A DNA stretch of 64,000 nucleotides, from assembly GCA_038496445.1 (NCBI GenBank), contig JALMLS010000585.1, positions 394,224 through 458,223 on the forward strand. The letters run 5' to 3'. Positions 49,020-61,599 of the stretch are shown piece by piece (position 1 is the first letter of the stretch; each line of letters starts with the position of its first letter). The notes below the pieces were generated by a model. The model ran no database searches and was not told the DNA's origin. It saw only the letters and a list, made by a program, of their open reading frames with translations. The position numbers were made by a program, and so were the translations under genes. The stretch is from Trichosphaerium sp. ATCC 40318 (taxonomy: Eukaryota; Protista; Tubulinea).

Positions 49020-49790
49020 GGTTGGATTGGCAATAAATTTTCCGCTTGGCAATGTGAGGGCATCACATTTTAAATCATCCACCAAGTCTTTATATCCTCT
49101 ATTTAGTAACTTAAATACACTATATGGAACCCATGACAGATCCAAAACCTAAGAAACAACTAAGAAACGCAGTTTTCAAAACAAAAACAACTAGTGCCTC
49201 GGAATACTCGTGTAACCTTGTAGGTGTTCCTAATATAACATGTCGTGGTTTTTTAAGCGTTGTTAATTCATCCACTTGTGCACCATTTGGATATACCAAG
49301 CGTCTCCAAAATTAATGAAGCTTTTTTGTATGGTAACTTGTTGGACCAATATTATTGCTTGCACGTGACTTTTATCAGTATCAATTCTGTTTAAAACACC
49401 AATTAGGTATGCAGCTACGCCATCATTTGACATGGTGTTGTCTTCAAAAACCACATCTGAGCCTATTCGAAGCAATCAGCATTGAAACACATAAGAGATA
49501 TTTTATTATTTTCACTTTTGCTATGGTTTTTGTGCAAGAAATTTTTTACACAGAAACAACTCAACTGTAAGAGTGTAAAAATCTGATTGCAGCTTGTGCT
49601 TTACTAAAAACATAAAGCTTAATGCGTACCAGAGCTCACAGGAATGATGACTTGCTGTTGAATATCACTAGGCTTCTTGTAACCTCTATAACTGTAAGTT
49701 ATTATGCGCTATGAATTATTTTCAATACTGGCTCTTTTAGCTTGAAATCATCAAAACAGTCGTAGATAGTCTGTATCCATGGTGTCCTAC
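49020..49790 (-). pseudogene. Degenerate eIF4A-like DEAD-box helicase fragment
   Basis: Q-motif DCFDDFKLKEPVLKII..RGYKKPSDIQQQVI, GSDVV, AAYLIGVLNRID...VQAIIL, HVILGTP and LLNRGYKDLV. Walker A GKT and DEAD are not recognisable and frames shift. Confidence 0.55.
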
Positions 49791-50182
49791 TGCATGATGC
49801 ATAATAAATGCACTTTAAGCCACTTAATATTTCCCTCACGTGTAGAACTCAACAAAATGGAATGTGCTGTTCAATGGGTGATGTAACTGCTGGAATTCCT
49901 GTCGAAAACCTCTTTGCCTTTTAAAACTACATGCTGTACTGCAACATGAACAAAAACAAGCGCAAAAGTTGGCTTGTTGCAAAACTTGTATAGAATTCTC
50001 TGAGCAACTCCTTTGATGGTTGTTGACCTATATCCTTTGTTGCGTTTTTATTAAGGCTACAACAAGCGAAACACAAACAACACGTACATCAATAGTATCA
50101 TATGACTTTATTATTTATTGTACAAGTTTGTTGTTTGATGTTATTTTTTTTTCTTTCTTTTTTCTGAGTTTTTTGGGGTTTT

Positions 50183-53116
50183 TTACTTTACACATTGAAG
50201 AAACGGATGAGTAGCAAGCTGTTCTGTTGTAGGTCTTAAGTTAGGATCACGACGAAGGCATGCTTTAAGAACATTGATAACATGAGCATCAGGTACAGCA
50301 GAAAAAGCTATTTTATACCGAGGATTTGTAATAGCATGCATTTTCTGTAGTATTTTTCCAAGATGAGCAAAAGGTGTTGTACCGTAAACCATTTGGTACA
50401 GTATACAACCCAAAGACCATATATCACTTTTTCTGCTCATTTTATGTGTTTCACCACCTGTTGTACTCTCAGCAGTATCAATAAATGACTAGTAAAGCGT
50501 TAGCAATGGCAACAAGAAAAGAGCAAAAGAAATATGCGACTTAATTCCGAAAAAAGAAAAAAAGTTCAAGTCGCTCACGTGTTTTGACCTCCATAAAAGG
50601 AATTGATTTTTCCGTGTAAACGTACCTCTGGTGCCATATAATTCATTGTACCAACTTTGGTATCTTTGATAATATTTGTGGTGTCAATACACTCGATCTT
50701 GTTGGCGATTCCAAAATCAATTAATTTTAGACAACCTTTGACAAGAACAAAATTTGCTGGTTTCAAGTCAGAGTGAATGATCCTCTTATCATGAACAACT
50801 TGTACAGCAGCTATAATCTGTTGCCAATATAATCTAACGTAATTATTCTTCTCAGCCCAAGGTTTATCCCGAAATCGTGTTAAAATTCTGTGAAAATCGG
50901 ATTCACCACATTCGAGTACCTTTTTGTTAAAGTCAGTATTATAAACAAATTTATACTCAAATACTTACGATGTGTATGTATCCACGAGAACGCTCTATTT
51001 GTGAATCGATGAGGCTAGATAAAAAGTTAGTCGGAACATAACTAAACGGTAAAACAAGGCAGGAAACTATCGAATGTACAAAAAAAAAGTTGGTTTTGTA
51101 TTTCGTACCGTATTACGTTCGGACTCTTTCTTAGAGTTTCAAGCAGCGTGATCTCGTTTAAGTAACTCTTGACAGTACGTTCATCCGCTGTTTTGATATT
51201 TACACGTTTGATAGCGACGATATTGAGGTCCATACCTGTAAAAAACAAAACGAGTCAACTCTTAATATCGATGACACGTGTGACAGTTTGAAGTATCGTA
51301 CCTATCGCTTTAAATACGACACTACTACCACCTTTTCCAAGTGGAGCTTTATCAAGCTTTACATACGGGTTACCATTAACTTCGATGTAATTTCCAGACC
51401 ACTCCAAGAGTTGTTGCAAAACTCCTCGTTTGATTTGGTTTTCTGTAGGCTCTGGTGCTTGTTTTGGCATTTCTCTTCCAGCTGTTGTAGGTGTTGCCAT
51501 CGCTGCAACAACAGAATGTACAGGTGTTGAGCACCATGGTTCTAATGGAATTGTAAGAAAGAAACAGTAAACGTAATCCAATGGAAGAAGTATAAAAAGA
51601 AAGAAACGTACTTTGTGAAATTGATACAGGTGTTGGTGGTGACACAATAGGTGCCTCTTGTGAGTCTATAGCCATAGGACTTGTTTCTGATTCCGTAGGC
51701 ACATCAGCCATGATTTCATCACGTTGATGTGATGATGGTGTATGATGATCCATGGGCCCAATAGAATGCTTGTCCAAAACTGTTTTTGCTTCTACAAAAA
51801 ATATTAGAAAGATTGGCGCTGAGGTGAAGCATGAGGCGCTCAAACGTGTTTTCTTTAAAAAACGCCTCGCCAAAAGAAAAGTGACAAAGAGCTACGTACT
51901 CGGTGTTGTGGAAGCAACAAGTTTTTCAGGCTCTTTTTCTGTTTCCGGTTTAGGTTCTTGAGTTAACCGTCTAGCACCTCCAGAAAATGCGCCTGTGCCT
52001 AAATAAAGCCATTTAGTACGTAATCGAGACGTGTTTATTATTTTGGTAATGCAAATACTACACCCACGTGGCTTGTCAACAAAGAAAAAGAAGAAAAAAA
52101 CAGGAATCGTAAATAACTAAAAAGGTTGTCGTACCAAAAGTGTTCACACGTAATCTACTTCGTTTTACGTAACCACGAGAGGAGGAAGATGGAGCGAGCG
52201 GGTTATGACCTGCTGGAAGCACTGGAGTGCTACTTTGTCTAGGTTTGAAAGTGTACTGCTTTGGTGCATACTTTGACCTTAAACTGCTTGTTGAAGGTCT
52301 CCCTGGCTTCCTCGGCGCATGTGAAGAGCCTTGACCTGCTCCTGCTCCATTTGATACATCTTGGAGAGCAGCACGGTGTTTTTGAGCATTCTTTTTCGCC
52401 ATTTGCGCTCGTGTTTTCTTAGGCATTCTTACTGCTTCAGTTATTAATTTATAGCGTTCAGGTAGGTATGGAAGAAGTCCTGGATCCTTTGTCTTGCATA
52501 TTGATCGGAGTGTTTCGGCAAAATGCTTATCTGATCCAGAAGCTTTTTTAGTGCCTGCTACGAGGACCTTTCGCGCCTCTTCAACGTTTCCTAAGTATTA
52601 TAGTAAGATTTGGAGACTTTAAAAACGAGCAAGTCGAAAAAAAACAAAAAGGTTTTTAAAAAACCCGCCAACTGTTGTATTTATTTTTTGTTCCAGTTCT
52701 AGTACCTTCAAGGTAGTGAAACTTGCCAAAGTTCACGTAAAAAAAAGTTGAGGAAGGTTGGTGTTTTTCTATCATTTTGTACGTCTGCATTGCGAGATCT
52801 CTGTAGTTTAGCCTATAAAACGGCGTTAAAGGACAGTTTTAAATACAATATCCAATAAAACCGTTGCGTACTCAATCTGGCACTTCGCAAGCATAAGCAT
52901 AATGCGCATAAAGCTAGAGTTCTCGTAATCGCGCACTTTAATGTGCTCTAAGGCCTCTTCAATTTTTTTTATAGCGGCATTGAAATCTATGCGTGTCTTG
53001 TTTACTAGCATCTCTCGCACTTGTAGCCACCAAAATTGCGCATCTTGTTTTGATAGCTTCTTTTTTCTTCTTACGTTTGGGTTGTTCTCCTTATCTACAG
53101 CAGCCACAGAAGTCAT
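50183..53116 (-). CDS. MPS1: Mps1/TTK dual-specificity spindle-checkpoint kinase
   Basis: LGKGGSSVVFK, VAIKRV..SYLNEITLL, IHSDLKPANFVLVKGCLKLIDFGIA..DTTNI..VGTMNYMAPE, SRKSDIWSLGCILYQMVYG.TPF, plus an N-terminal KEN box and TPR-like region. Confidence 0.95.
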
Positions 53117-53586
53117 TTCGCATCCCAAACAAATAAAGTCTAACGGTAAAAATTTGAAAAAAAAAAGGCGCTTAATTTTGGAGACATGTTAAGTTATCTC
53201 ATTTCATTACGCTCAGAATAACATTATGAGTATGTGCTAAGTTATTACCGTTGAACTGAGTGCTAAAGTGATGTTCGGCCGTTAAAATCGTTTGAAACTG
53301 GCAGTAACGTTACAAAATTTGTTCTTCGCGGTTATTTTGTTCCCTACGTAGGTTCAAAGGCAGATGATATCGAAACTAGGAGACTTTATCACAATTTTTT
53401 GTCTATATCTCTTCATGGTGTTGCCTCGTGAGTGTCAACTCTACTATTTCATTTTGACCTTATTGGGTCTTTTATCTCAAAAAAAAAAGGTTTTAGCTCA
53501 AAAGACACTGCAAGTACGCCAGGTTACGTTAATACTAATACAATACACTATTTTGACACTTTTTTTTGGTTCTTCTTTTTTGTAGT

Positions 53587-54930
53587 CTACTGAGCCTTCT
53601 TCCCCTTCTTACTACTTGGCTTCTCGTTGGCGTTTGGAGGACCTTTTTTACTCCAAATGCGACGTCGAGCGTTTGTAAACCAATAATTAACTTGTTTGCT
53701 TGTAAGACCAGTATCGCTTGCTAGCTGGTGTTTTTCATTCGTTGTAGGGTAAGGAAAGTCCGAATGTGTATAAAACCACAGACGAAGTTTTTCAACGGCG
53801 GCTTTTGGTAGTGAGTTTCGCTTAGGCCTTGACGATTCTATACAAAGGTTAGTGAGAGCATGGTAAAATATGTGACATGTCAAAACCGTTTTTTTTAACT
53901 AACTTTTTTTTTTTTTTCGAAAACTCAGGTTATTTTTGTGTCTGTTTTTAGTTCGTTCACGTGACTACTAATGTCAAACGGAATGAACGGAAAAAACTGA
54001 ACTAATAACAAAAATTATTTTCGGGTGTACGTACGCGCGGAGTTGGTTTTTGGTGGTTTGTAGTCATCTGGTTTGATTCTTCTTGGTCCTAGCACCAACC
54101 GTCTGCATCTTTTTCTAGGTGGTTCCTCCGTTGTTGTGTCTTCTTTATCACTACCTTCTTTTTCGCTTTCACTGGCTTCTTCTGTTGACTCTGTACATGT
54201 TTTTCGCTTCCTGCTATCTGAAAGTGCAGTTAAAGCAAAAGAAAGCGAAAGAGAATACAAAGAATAAAAAACTTTACCAAACAGTTGAGTTTTGCTGTTT
54301 TGAAGAAATATTTAATTGAATAACAGCCATCACGTGATCAAAAAAAAATTTCTTTAAAAGGTACCTTTGCTCGTTGAGACTTGCATATGGAACATATAAA
54401 GTACTTGAGATGCAAGTATATCCATGTAACATTCTTCAGAAGGAAGACAGGATTGATCTGTGCGATTTGAGGTTGTTTGTTTGACATGACACTTTATACT
54501 TTGACACCCGTTGTTAAACTTTGTAAGCGCATGCGCTGTTGATACTTTTGTTTTAAAATCGTTTGCTGAAGCCTAAAAAAAAGTTGTATTAATTTTGAGG
54601 CTTGCTCGTTTAAGTATAAGGTGCTCAGACGTTATTTAATTACATCCTTGCTATCCTCATCGCACCTCGCTTACGTCCCCTGTCAAAAAATTTGACACGA
54701 CTTCTAATTTGCGCGCAAGGCTCTCCGGACACTCACTGAGAGGTCTAATACTCCGCATGAATTCTTCCATTGCTTTAGCCTGAAAACGAAGGCAAATTAT
54801 TAATAAAATATAACACAATCTCCTCCGTCTTAACGGGTCTTTACGTGTGTATTAAGGTCCTTGACTCTTTTTGCTTTTTGTAGAGTAATGTCATCAACAC
54901 AATTTTTTTTCATACCGTTTTGTAACATCT
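53587..54930 (-). CDS. TALE-class (KN-type) homeodomain transcription factor
   Basis: Last exon RPKRNSLPKAAVEKLRLWFYTHSDFPYPTTNEKHQLASDTGLTSKQVNYWFTNARRR (PYP loop, WF.N.R). Upstream exons are open to ~54930 and the 5' end is uncertain. Confidence 0.85.
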
Positions 54931-55778
54931 AAGATTTTAGAGGTTTAATTAACTTGTCATGTAATATAACTTGCTAAAATGTACCTGTATATGGTTAGAT
55001 GCTTTTATTTTGACACTTGACAGTTAATAGACAGGAGCGTTAAGGAAGAAAATTGACTGTGAATCAATTAATGTCTTAGGGCTTTTGAGGCAAGTACAAC
55101 CGTTGACGAGAATTACATTTCTTGCTTTGACCTTAAGCTGTAGTAATCTGTTGCTGGAGATTCCGAGATGCCAGGGTTTTTTTATCTGTCACTAGAAAAA
55201 GTCTTGGCGGGTAGTAAAGTGTAAAAATAAAATAAGAAGGAAGACACTCTGGTGCTGCTATTAGTAATCCTTTTGAGATAAATACATCATTTTATTTTTG
55301 TCGCACCTGCCTAATAATAGCGAAAACCGACGTCGGTTTCAAGTGTGGAGCTGGGTTCAGGATGTGTATTAACCTTGGATTCGCGTGTTAACAAAGTAGG
55401 AATAGCCCTTTTTGTACATTTATTAATTGTCATCACGTGATGTTAATCACTCTTAAAAAAACCAATAAATTATTCTATCTCCCTTATTATTTTCAAAACT
55501 TACGGAGTTGCTCGGCAGAACGCCCTTGTTAATTAGCACCCAAAATTGTAAGTTTGCTTGTAGAGCTAGTAGACTGCGTACACTGCAACAAACTTCCGTG
55601 GAAGCTTGCAAGAATTTGTAAATTTAGCACGATACTATACCACGTGGCTGTGTGCAGTAACTGTTGAATTGTGTCCGAAATAAGCAAAATAACAACTTCA
55701 AGAAAACAGTTCTCATTTCAATCAACATCCTTTCAATTGACCAAAACTCCACTCTAGTACCACAAACGCAACGATAGG

Positions 55779-58700
55779 ATGCTATCTCCACGAAGCCCTA
55801 GAAAACCTAGGCACGGTATTGTAAGCGAAGAAAAGGAAAGCAATTCTGGACTTACAAACGGCTTTTCGGTTTGTCTTCAGCGTTGTTCATTTGATTGAAT
55901 ATGCAGTTTATTGTGATAAACTTGCGGAAGATTTTTTTCTCCCGTTTTATCGCTGTAGCTCGAAAATAATACTTGAACTTGTTCATTAACAACGTTTAGG
56001 GTGGTAAGAGACAACAGAAAAAAAAATGGCCAACACCGAAAAATGTCGCAAGGTAAACGTGGTTTATACCGTTAAGTACTCCTTATCAATATCTAGCTAT
56101 GAGTTAAACAGTGTATTACCGCCTTATATTAATAGTAAAGTATACAAGCGAACGAAAGTTGTATTCGCTAGTGATGGCTGGATGGCAGCGTCGTATGATA
56201 AAGTTGGGTAAACTAGAACTAAAATTTTATTCTTACTGTTTTTGGCTTCAACTCTCTTTGATATCTCTCTAGGGACATTATAGTATCACATGCCCAGCTT
56301 GGGAAGAAAATCCACGTTAAGAACAGTCACGTGACTATTATGCTTAGTGCTGTTGGGAGTCATATCATTTCGACGCATGAAAAAATACTAGACAATGATG
56401 ACGTGGCTAGAACAGTTCAAATGTATAATATAAATCAAGATTCTACTTTTTCTTATCGGATTGGTCTCCAAAAATCTGAGTACCTTCAAGGTGTTTTTGC
56501 TGATACCACTGTACGTAACAAATAAGAATTTTATCGTTTAGTGCTTCTTGATATTAAACTACAATAGGGTATCTGTATCATAGGTTCGATGAGTATCACC
56601 AGGGTTGATTTCGAAGGAAAAGCGATACTTCAAAATAAGGCAAAGTCAGACATTTTTAGTCACGGAAAAATCATTCGTGCATTGTCTTCTGTTGTTGATG
56701 GAAGTGCACTTGTTACTTATAAAAATGCATTGAATATCATAGAAGTGTATTGCATAGAATCACTTACCCTCCAGTTCAGGTACGTAATTTAAAACATACG
56801 AAAACAATTTTCGAAGTTTTTTCTAAAAAAGGGTTTGCAAGTTGTGAGTCACTTCTTCGGATTGGCTTGAGTTACTCACAATTTTAGCTGTAAAACCGAC
56901 AATGCCTCCAAAGGTTGGATATCCTTACATCAAAATAATCACATAGTTGTGGGTGTAACGAGGGATGACATTTACTGTTGGAACAGAAATGTACGAATAG
57001 TAAAGTTATCGCTTTTTTTTTTACTTTTTGTAGACACAAGAAGTAATTTTCTGCAGACCTACCAATATACCTTTATCCAGCGTACATTTGTTAAAAAACG
57101 TGGTAATAGCGGGAGACTTTAGTGGGAATATTCACGTATTTGGATTAGGTACAAACTCTTTGCAGATGCGAAAAAACGCGAATTTTACGCGAAACCATAA
57201 TTTTTTTTTCTTTCTAGTTTGATAGAATGAAATGGTTACCTTGTACCACCATAAACCAGATCCATTAGTAAACATACAATTAACAGCTGGTTTCTGCAGG
57301 GGATCGTAAAATATTTACGAAGGTACCCATGCATGGGTCTCCTTCTTCTTTTTTTTTTTACTCTTTTTTTTAAGGCGTTCTAACACTGTGAAAGGTGATG
57401 CTAAAGCTTATACAATTGCCATTGGTACAGGTTCTGAGCTACGAGAGTCTCAAAGCATACTTGACAATTTACAAACAAGAGTGTCAAGTATAGACTTGGT
57501 CGATAACTTCGTTTTCATCGGAACTCAAGAAGGACTTGCAGTATACAATTTGTTGATAAAGGTGCGTTTTTGTGTAGAAATATAAATGAGTCACGTGCTC
57601 CCAGTTTTGGTTAATTCTTTGATCAGGAGCCTGTAAAACCATTGCAAATGGTCTCAACTACAGATCGTGTGAGTCGCATTCATATACGATCAGAGTTTGT
57701 TTACTTTGTTACGGATGGAAACGAAACAGAATCGAAATTGTTTGTGTGGTAAGTTATTTTTTATCGGTGAAGATGATCGTTTTCTTTTGAGCCAATAACT
57801 TTCTTATTGTTCCGTTGAATCACCTAACAAACATAATTTTAGGAAACCTAATAAGAGGCGTTGGAGAGGATCTCACTTAGAAGATAGCCAAATTCTCAAG
57901 AATCTAATGTCATCGAAGCTATTTCTCAAAGCGCTCACTCTTGCTTTGACTCCAGATGCACCTCAATCAGTTATAGACAGCATTATAACAGTTGCTTCAT
58001 TCAGGGGATCTTCTGTTACTCTTAACTTACTACGTTATATTCTTGACTACGAATACAACGTTCTTGTACACAAGAGAGCAAAGAGGACAAACTATGTTCT
58101 CATCAACTTTTGCCTGTAAGTTTGTTACATTTTTGTTCAATCTAGTTTTTAATCTGTTCTCTCTTAGAGTAAACCCTCAACAAGATTGGACTTTTATTCT
58201 TACTGAAACATCATTGGCTTCTTTAATTTTCAGTTCTCTTGTAAGATTTCGTCTTAGAGGACATGTTTCACGGTTCAGAAAAGTGCTGGGTAAAAAAGAA
58301 TTACTTCAGTGAATATAACTCTAACTTTTGTTCAAGAACGCATTACAAAAGATAAAGGGTCTCTTTTAGAGTGGCTCGATGATATAGTTTATGATTTTAT
58401 GGAGATTTTAGAAGAGTTACCAAGTATTATTGTCAGAGGTCTTCAAGAAATTGTATCAAAAGGAAGAGCCAAGTTTTTAAAAAGAGGTGCTTCCGATAGA
58501 GTGTTTATTCAAGCTGCAACAGCCGTTCTTGTTGGTCGTGGTATTTGTACCTTTATACAAAGACCTAATGAATCATTTGCTTTAACAGGATCAAGTCTTA
58601 GTACATCCAAACGTGCGTAGTATCCGTCTAAGTGATACTATTTTTTCTTATTATTTTCTTAGATGGTAATCATACCAACACAAGCCGGAGTATTTCAACA

Positions 58701-59919
58701 ATTTGTATGGCATTACGTGTCCTTTCTGGTGAAATTGACTATGCTGAGTTCGATGAAGAAGGTATAGGATACTATGTAGAGAATAATAAGGAAAGAGTAA
58801 AAGGCGCTATTGAGACAATGTTAAACGGAACGGTACAGCTGAAAAAACCAAGAAAGTTGAAAGTTAAGAAAAGTGAAGTTGTTCAAGCAAATCAAACACT
58901 TGGCAACTTTGTTCTTCACAACAGGTCCAAGAACGTACCTTTGCAATATTAACCTTAATTGTAGTGATGCTATTGACGTCAATATCTCTGAGAAAGAGAT
59001 AAAAGCACAACTGAAATCGTTTTGTAGTTCAAACTTAGAACAACTTCATAATTTCGAATCAACATATGAATTCAAACTTGAAAGGCACTCTTCTTTAGAC
59101 TCAGGCGGAGTAGCCACACCACATGCCGAACAAGCTTCCATACAAGGAAAAGACGTGATATGGGAAGAAGAAATTGTGAGGGTAGCAGGCGAGAGTACTG
59201 TACAGTAAGTCAACAATATGAGATCACGATCTCTAATCGTCTTACCCTTAGCGGAAAGTACTACAGTACAGCCAAAACACTATCTCTTGGATCACTTTCC
59301 CCAAAAGAGTGGCTTGATTCAGAGATAAACGAGAATTCATATACAGTTCTCATATTCTTCAGAGGGTCATGGTGTTTCTTTTGTAGTAAATATCTTCGTT
59401 CATGGAGAAAATATGTTGATGAGGTACGTTCGAGAAACATTCATTAGAGCGATGTTTAAATGGTTTCTAGATCACGTTTTCTGGAGGATCTATTGTTGGT
59501 ATCAGCTCTCAATCTACAAATAAGATGATAAAGACACAAGAGAAATGGAACTTGAATTTTCCTTTGATTGGTGATGATAGTCACGAAATAAGTAGAGGTT
59601 TCTCTTTGCAAAAAAACAGAAGTGGTGCCAACCCTTCTAAAGATAAGAAGGTATTTCAACCTGGTGTATATGTCGTTAAAAGTAATGGAACACCTTTATA
59701 CTGTTGGACAAATGCTCCAGCGGGATATAATAACTTTGGAGGAAGGTAACAAACAAAAAGAAACAAAATACCATGTTTTTTTTACTAACATTTGATTCTT
59801 CTTTTAGCGATCGTCCAAAATCCAAACATGTCATGTCAATTATTCGTCAATCTACCAGTATAGAAAGTACTAATTCAGACACGGATGATGAGTACCTGTC
59901 TGTTCGTACTATTGTATAA
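55779..59919 (+). CDS. Multidomain beta-propeller-like + degenerate RasGAP + AhpC/TSA CxxC protein, paralog B
   Basis: Exon-for-exon homolog of 27880-31772 (HGKII..LSSVV.G.ALVTY; ASKGWISL.Q; WTFILTETS; QANQTLGNFVL; FFRGSWCFFCSKYLRSWRKY). TAA at 59917-59919. Confidence 0.72.
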
Positions 59920-60271
59920 AATACCTTTTATTAAATAAAGCAAAATTCAAAAGACTATTATGTAAGCAAGTCATCCTTTCACTTCGAAAGTGAGAAACCT
60001 TATTATTAGTACATATCCTGGAAGCACAGAGCAGCCTATGGTGAAAAGAAAGTCATTGATAGTGGCAGTGCTGCAGTGCGAGCATGAGAGATACGACAGT
60101 ATCACTGTGCAAGATTTTCTTGAAGAAAGACAATTTTCTCCGGAAAAAAGTCAACTTCATTCATTGCAGAATGCTGCGTATTTATAGATCAAAAAGTTTC
60201 TAATATACCAATCCTGCTACGCTTTCTTCATTCTAATCATTGCACACTTTAAAATACTCTCGAAGACAAAT

Positions 60272-61090
60272 ATGAACCAAACCAGCGCATTCTTTGACAA
60301 GATACCTACTGAAGTAACTGTTATTATTCTAGAGTTTGTTTCCGTATTATCTATGCATTCTGTTGTACGTACATCTAAACAACTATCCAATATCGCAATA
60401 AATCACTTGAATTATGAAGAAAAGAGAAAAGACATCTGTCTTTACAATACAGTAAAACTCAAAAAACTATTCAAAGAAGTACCTTCTCTTATAACAAAAA
60501 GCAACTTAATCATAAGATTCAAACTTAAACAAAAGCACTTGGAGTACTTACAGGGAGCTTACCGCCTTAAAGTACAATACAAGATTTCAAAGAGTGTTGA
60601 CTTTACAAACTTCAAAATAAGGGGTATTAACATTGGATCTTGTGATGTACTTACTAATGCACATATAAAACAACTATCACGTGCTAGTATCCAAAACATT
60701 TCTCTAAATTGCACAAATTGTAAAAAAGTCCATTCATGGGAGTCCTTGCAACAACGGATTAAATGATGTAACAAAGACCATGTAATTTGTGTACACTATC
60801 AATAGAATACTATATAAAGACTTCGTATTATAGTCAAACAAGAGTCGCCACTACTCTATTGTAAACATAAGGAAAATATACTGGCCAGCACATCCTTACA
60901 AAATTGAAAGATGAGGAACCAAGGTGCTAGCCTGTATTCATATAATTAATTTAGCATTTTGTCGATATGTGATAGTGATGATATGCATGTTGAATGGTAA
61001 TAGACACATTACATACAATTGTATTTTAGCAATTAATGGCGTTCATACAATTAAGCTTTGGCATTGTGATGGTTTACAAATGGATGCATT
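60272..61090 (+). pseudogene. Truncated/decayed F-box/LRR paralog of 35508-36620
   Basis: MNQTSAFFDKIPTEV..ILEFVSVLSM..VVRTSK is closely similar to 35508. The ORF stops at 60766 and degenerate LRR remnants (GVHTIKL.HC) follow. Confidence 0.75.
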
Positions 61091-61153
61091 GAACCGATTA
61101 CTTGTATTGTATCAGAATCTACATCAACCTTTGAATAGCTATTGCTACGAAAA

Positions 61154-61493
61154 TCATTGTTTGTATAGATCAACAACATTATTATCATTCCCGCTAAGTC
61201 TTAATACAAGGTGTAGCATTGAACCATCTTGTACTTTATAGTGTGCTAAAGTTCTATAATCCTCCAGTCTCTTCCCAGCGTAAATGAGTCTCTGTTTATC
61301 TACAGGAAAACCTACAAATGCCGTTACTCAATTGAATCAATTTGAATGTAACAATGGGCAGGTTTGCAGAAAATACATATTTTTTTGCACCTTCTTGGTG
61401 TTCTATTTTTACTTTAACGTTTTCTATGGTATCAGTATGCTCCAGTTCAATCGTGATTGTTTTTCCAAATAGTGGTTTAACTGTTATTTGCAT
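61154..61493 (-). CDS. Divergent ubiquitin-like protein lacking the C-terminal di-Gly, one intron
   Basis: [85 protein letters not shown], with intron GTGCAA...TGTAG at ~61390-61313. Confidence 0.8.
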
Positions 61494-61599
61494 TAGTGGC
61501 TTTCTTTGTATACTACTCTTTAAATCAACTTTTTTTTTGACAGAATTCTATTCACAGATTGCAGTGTTAGTCTTTGGTGTGATATTTATGGCTAGTATC

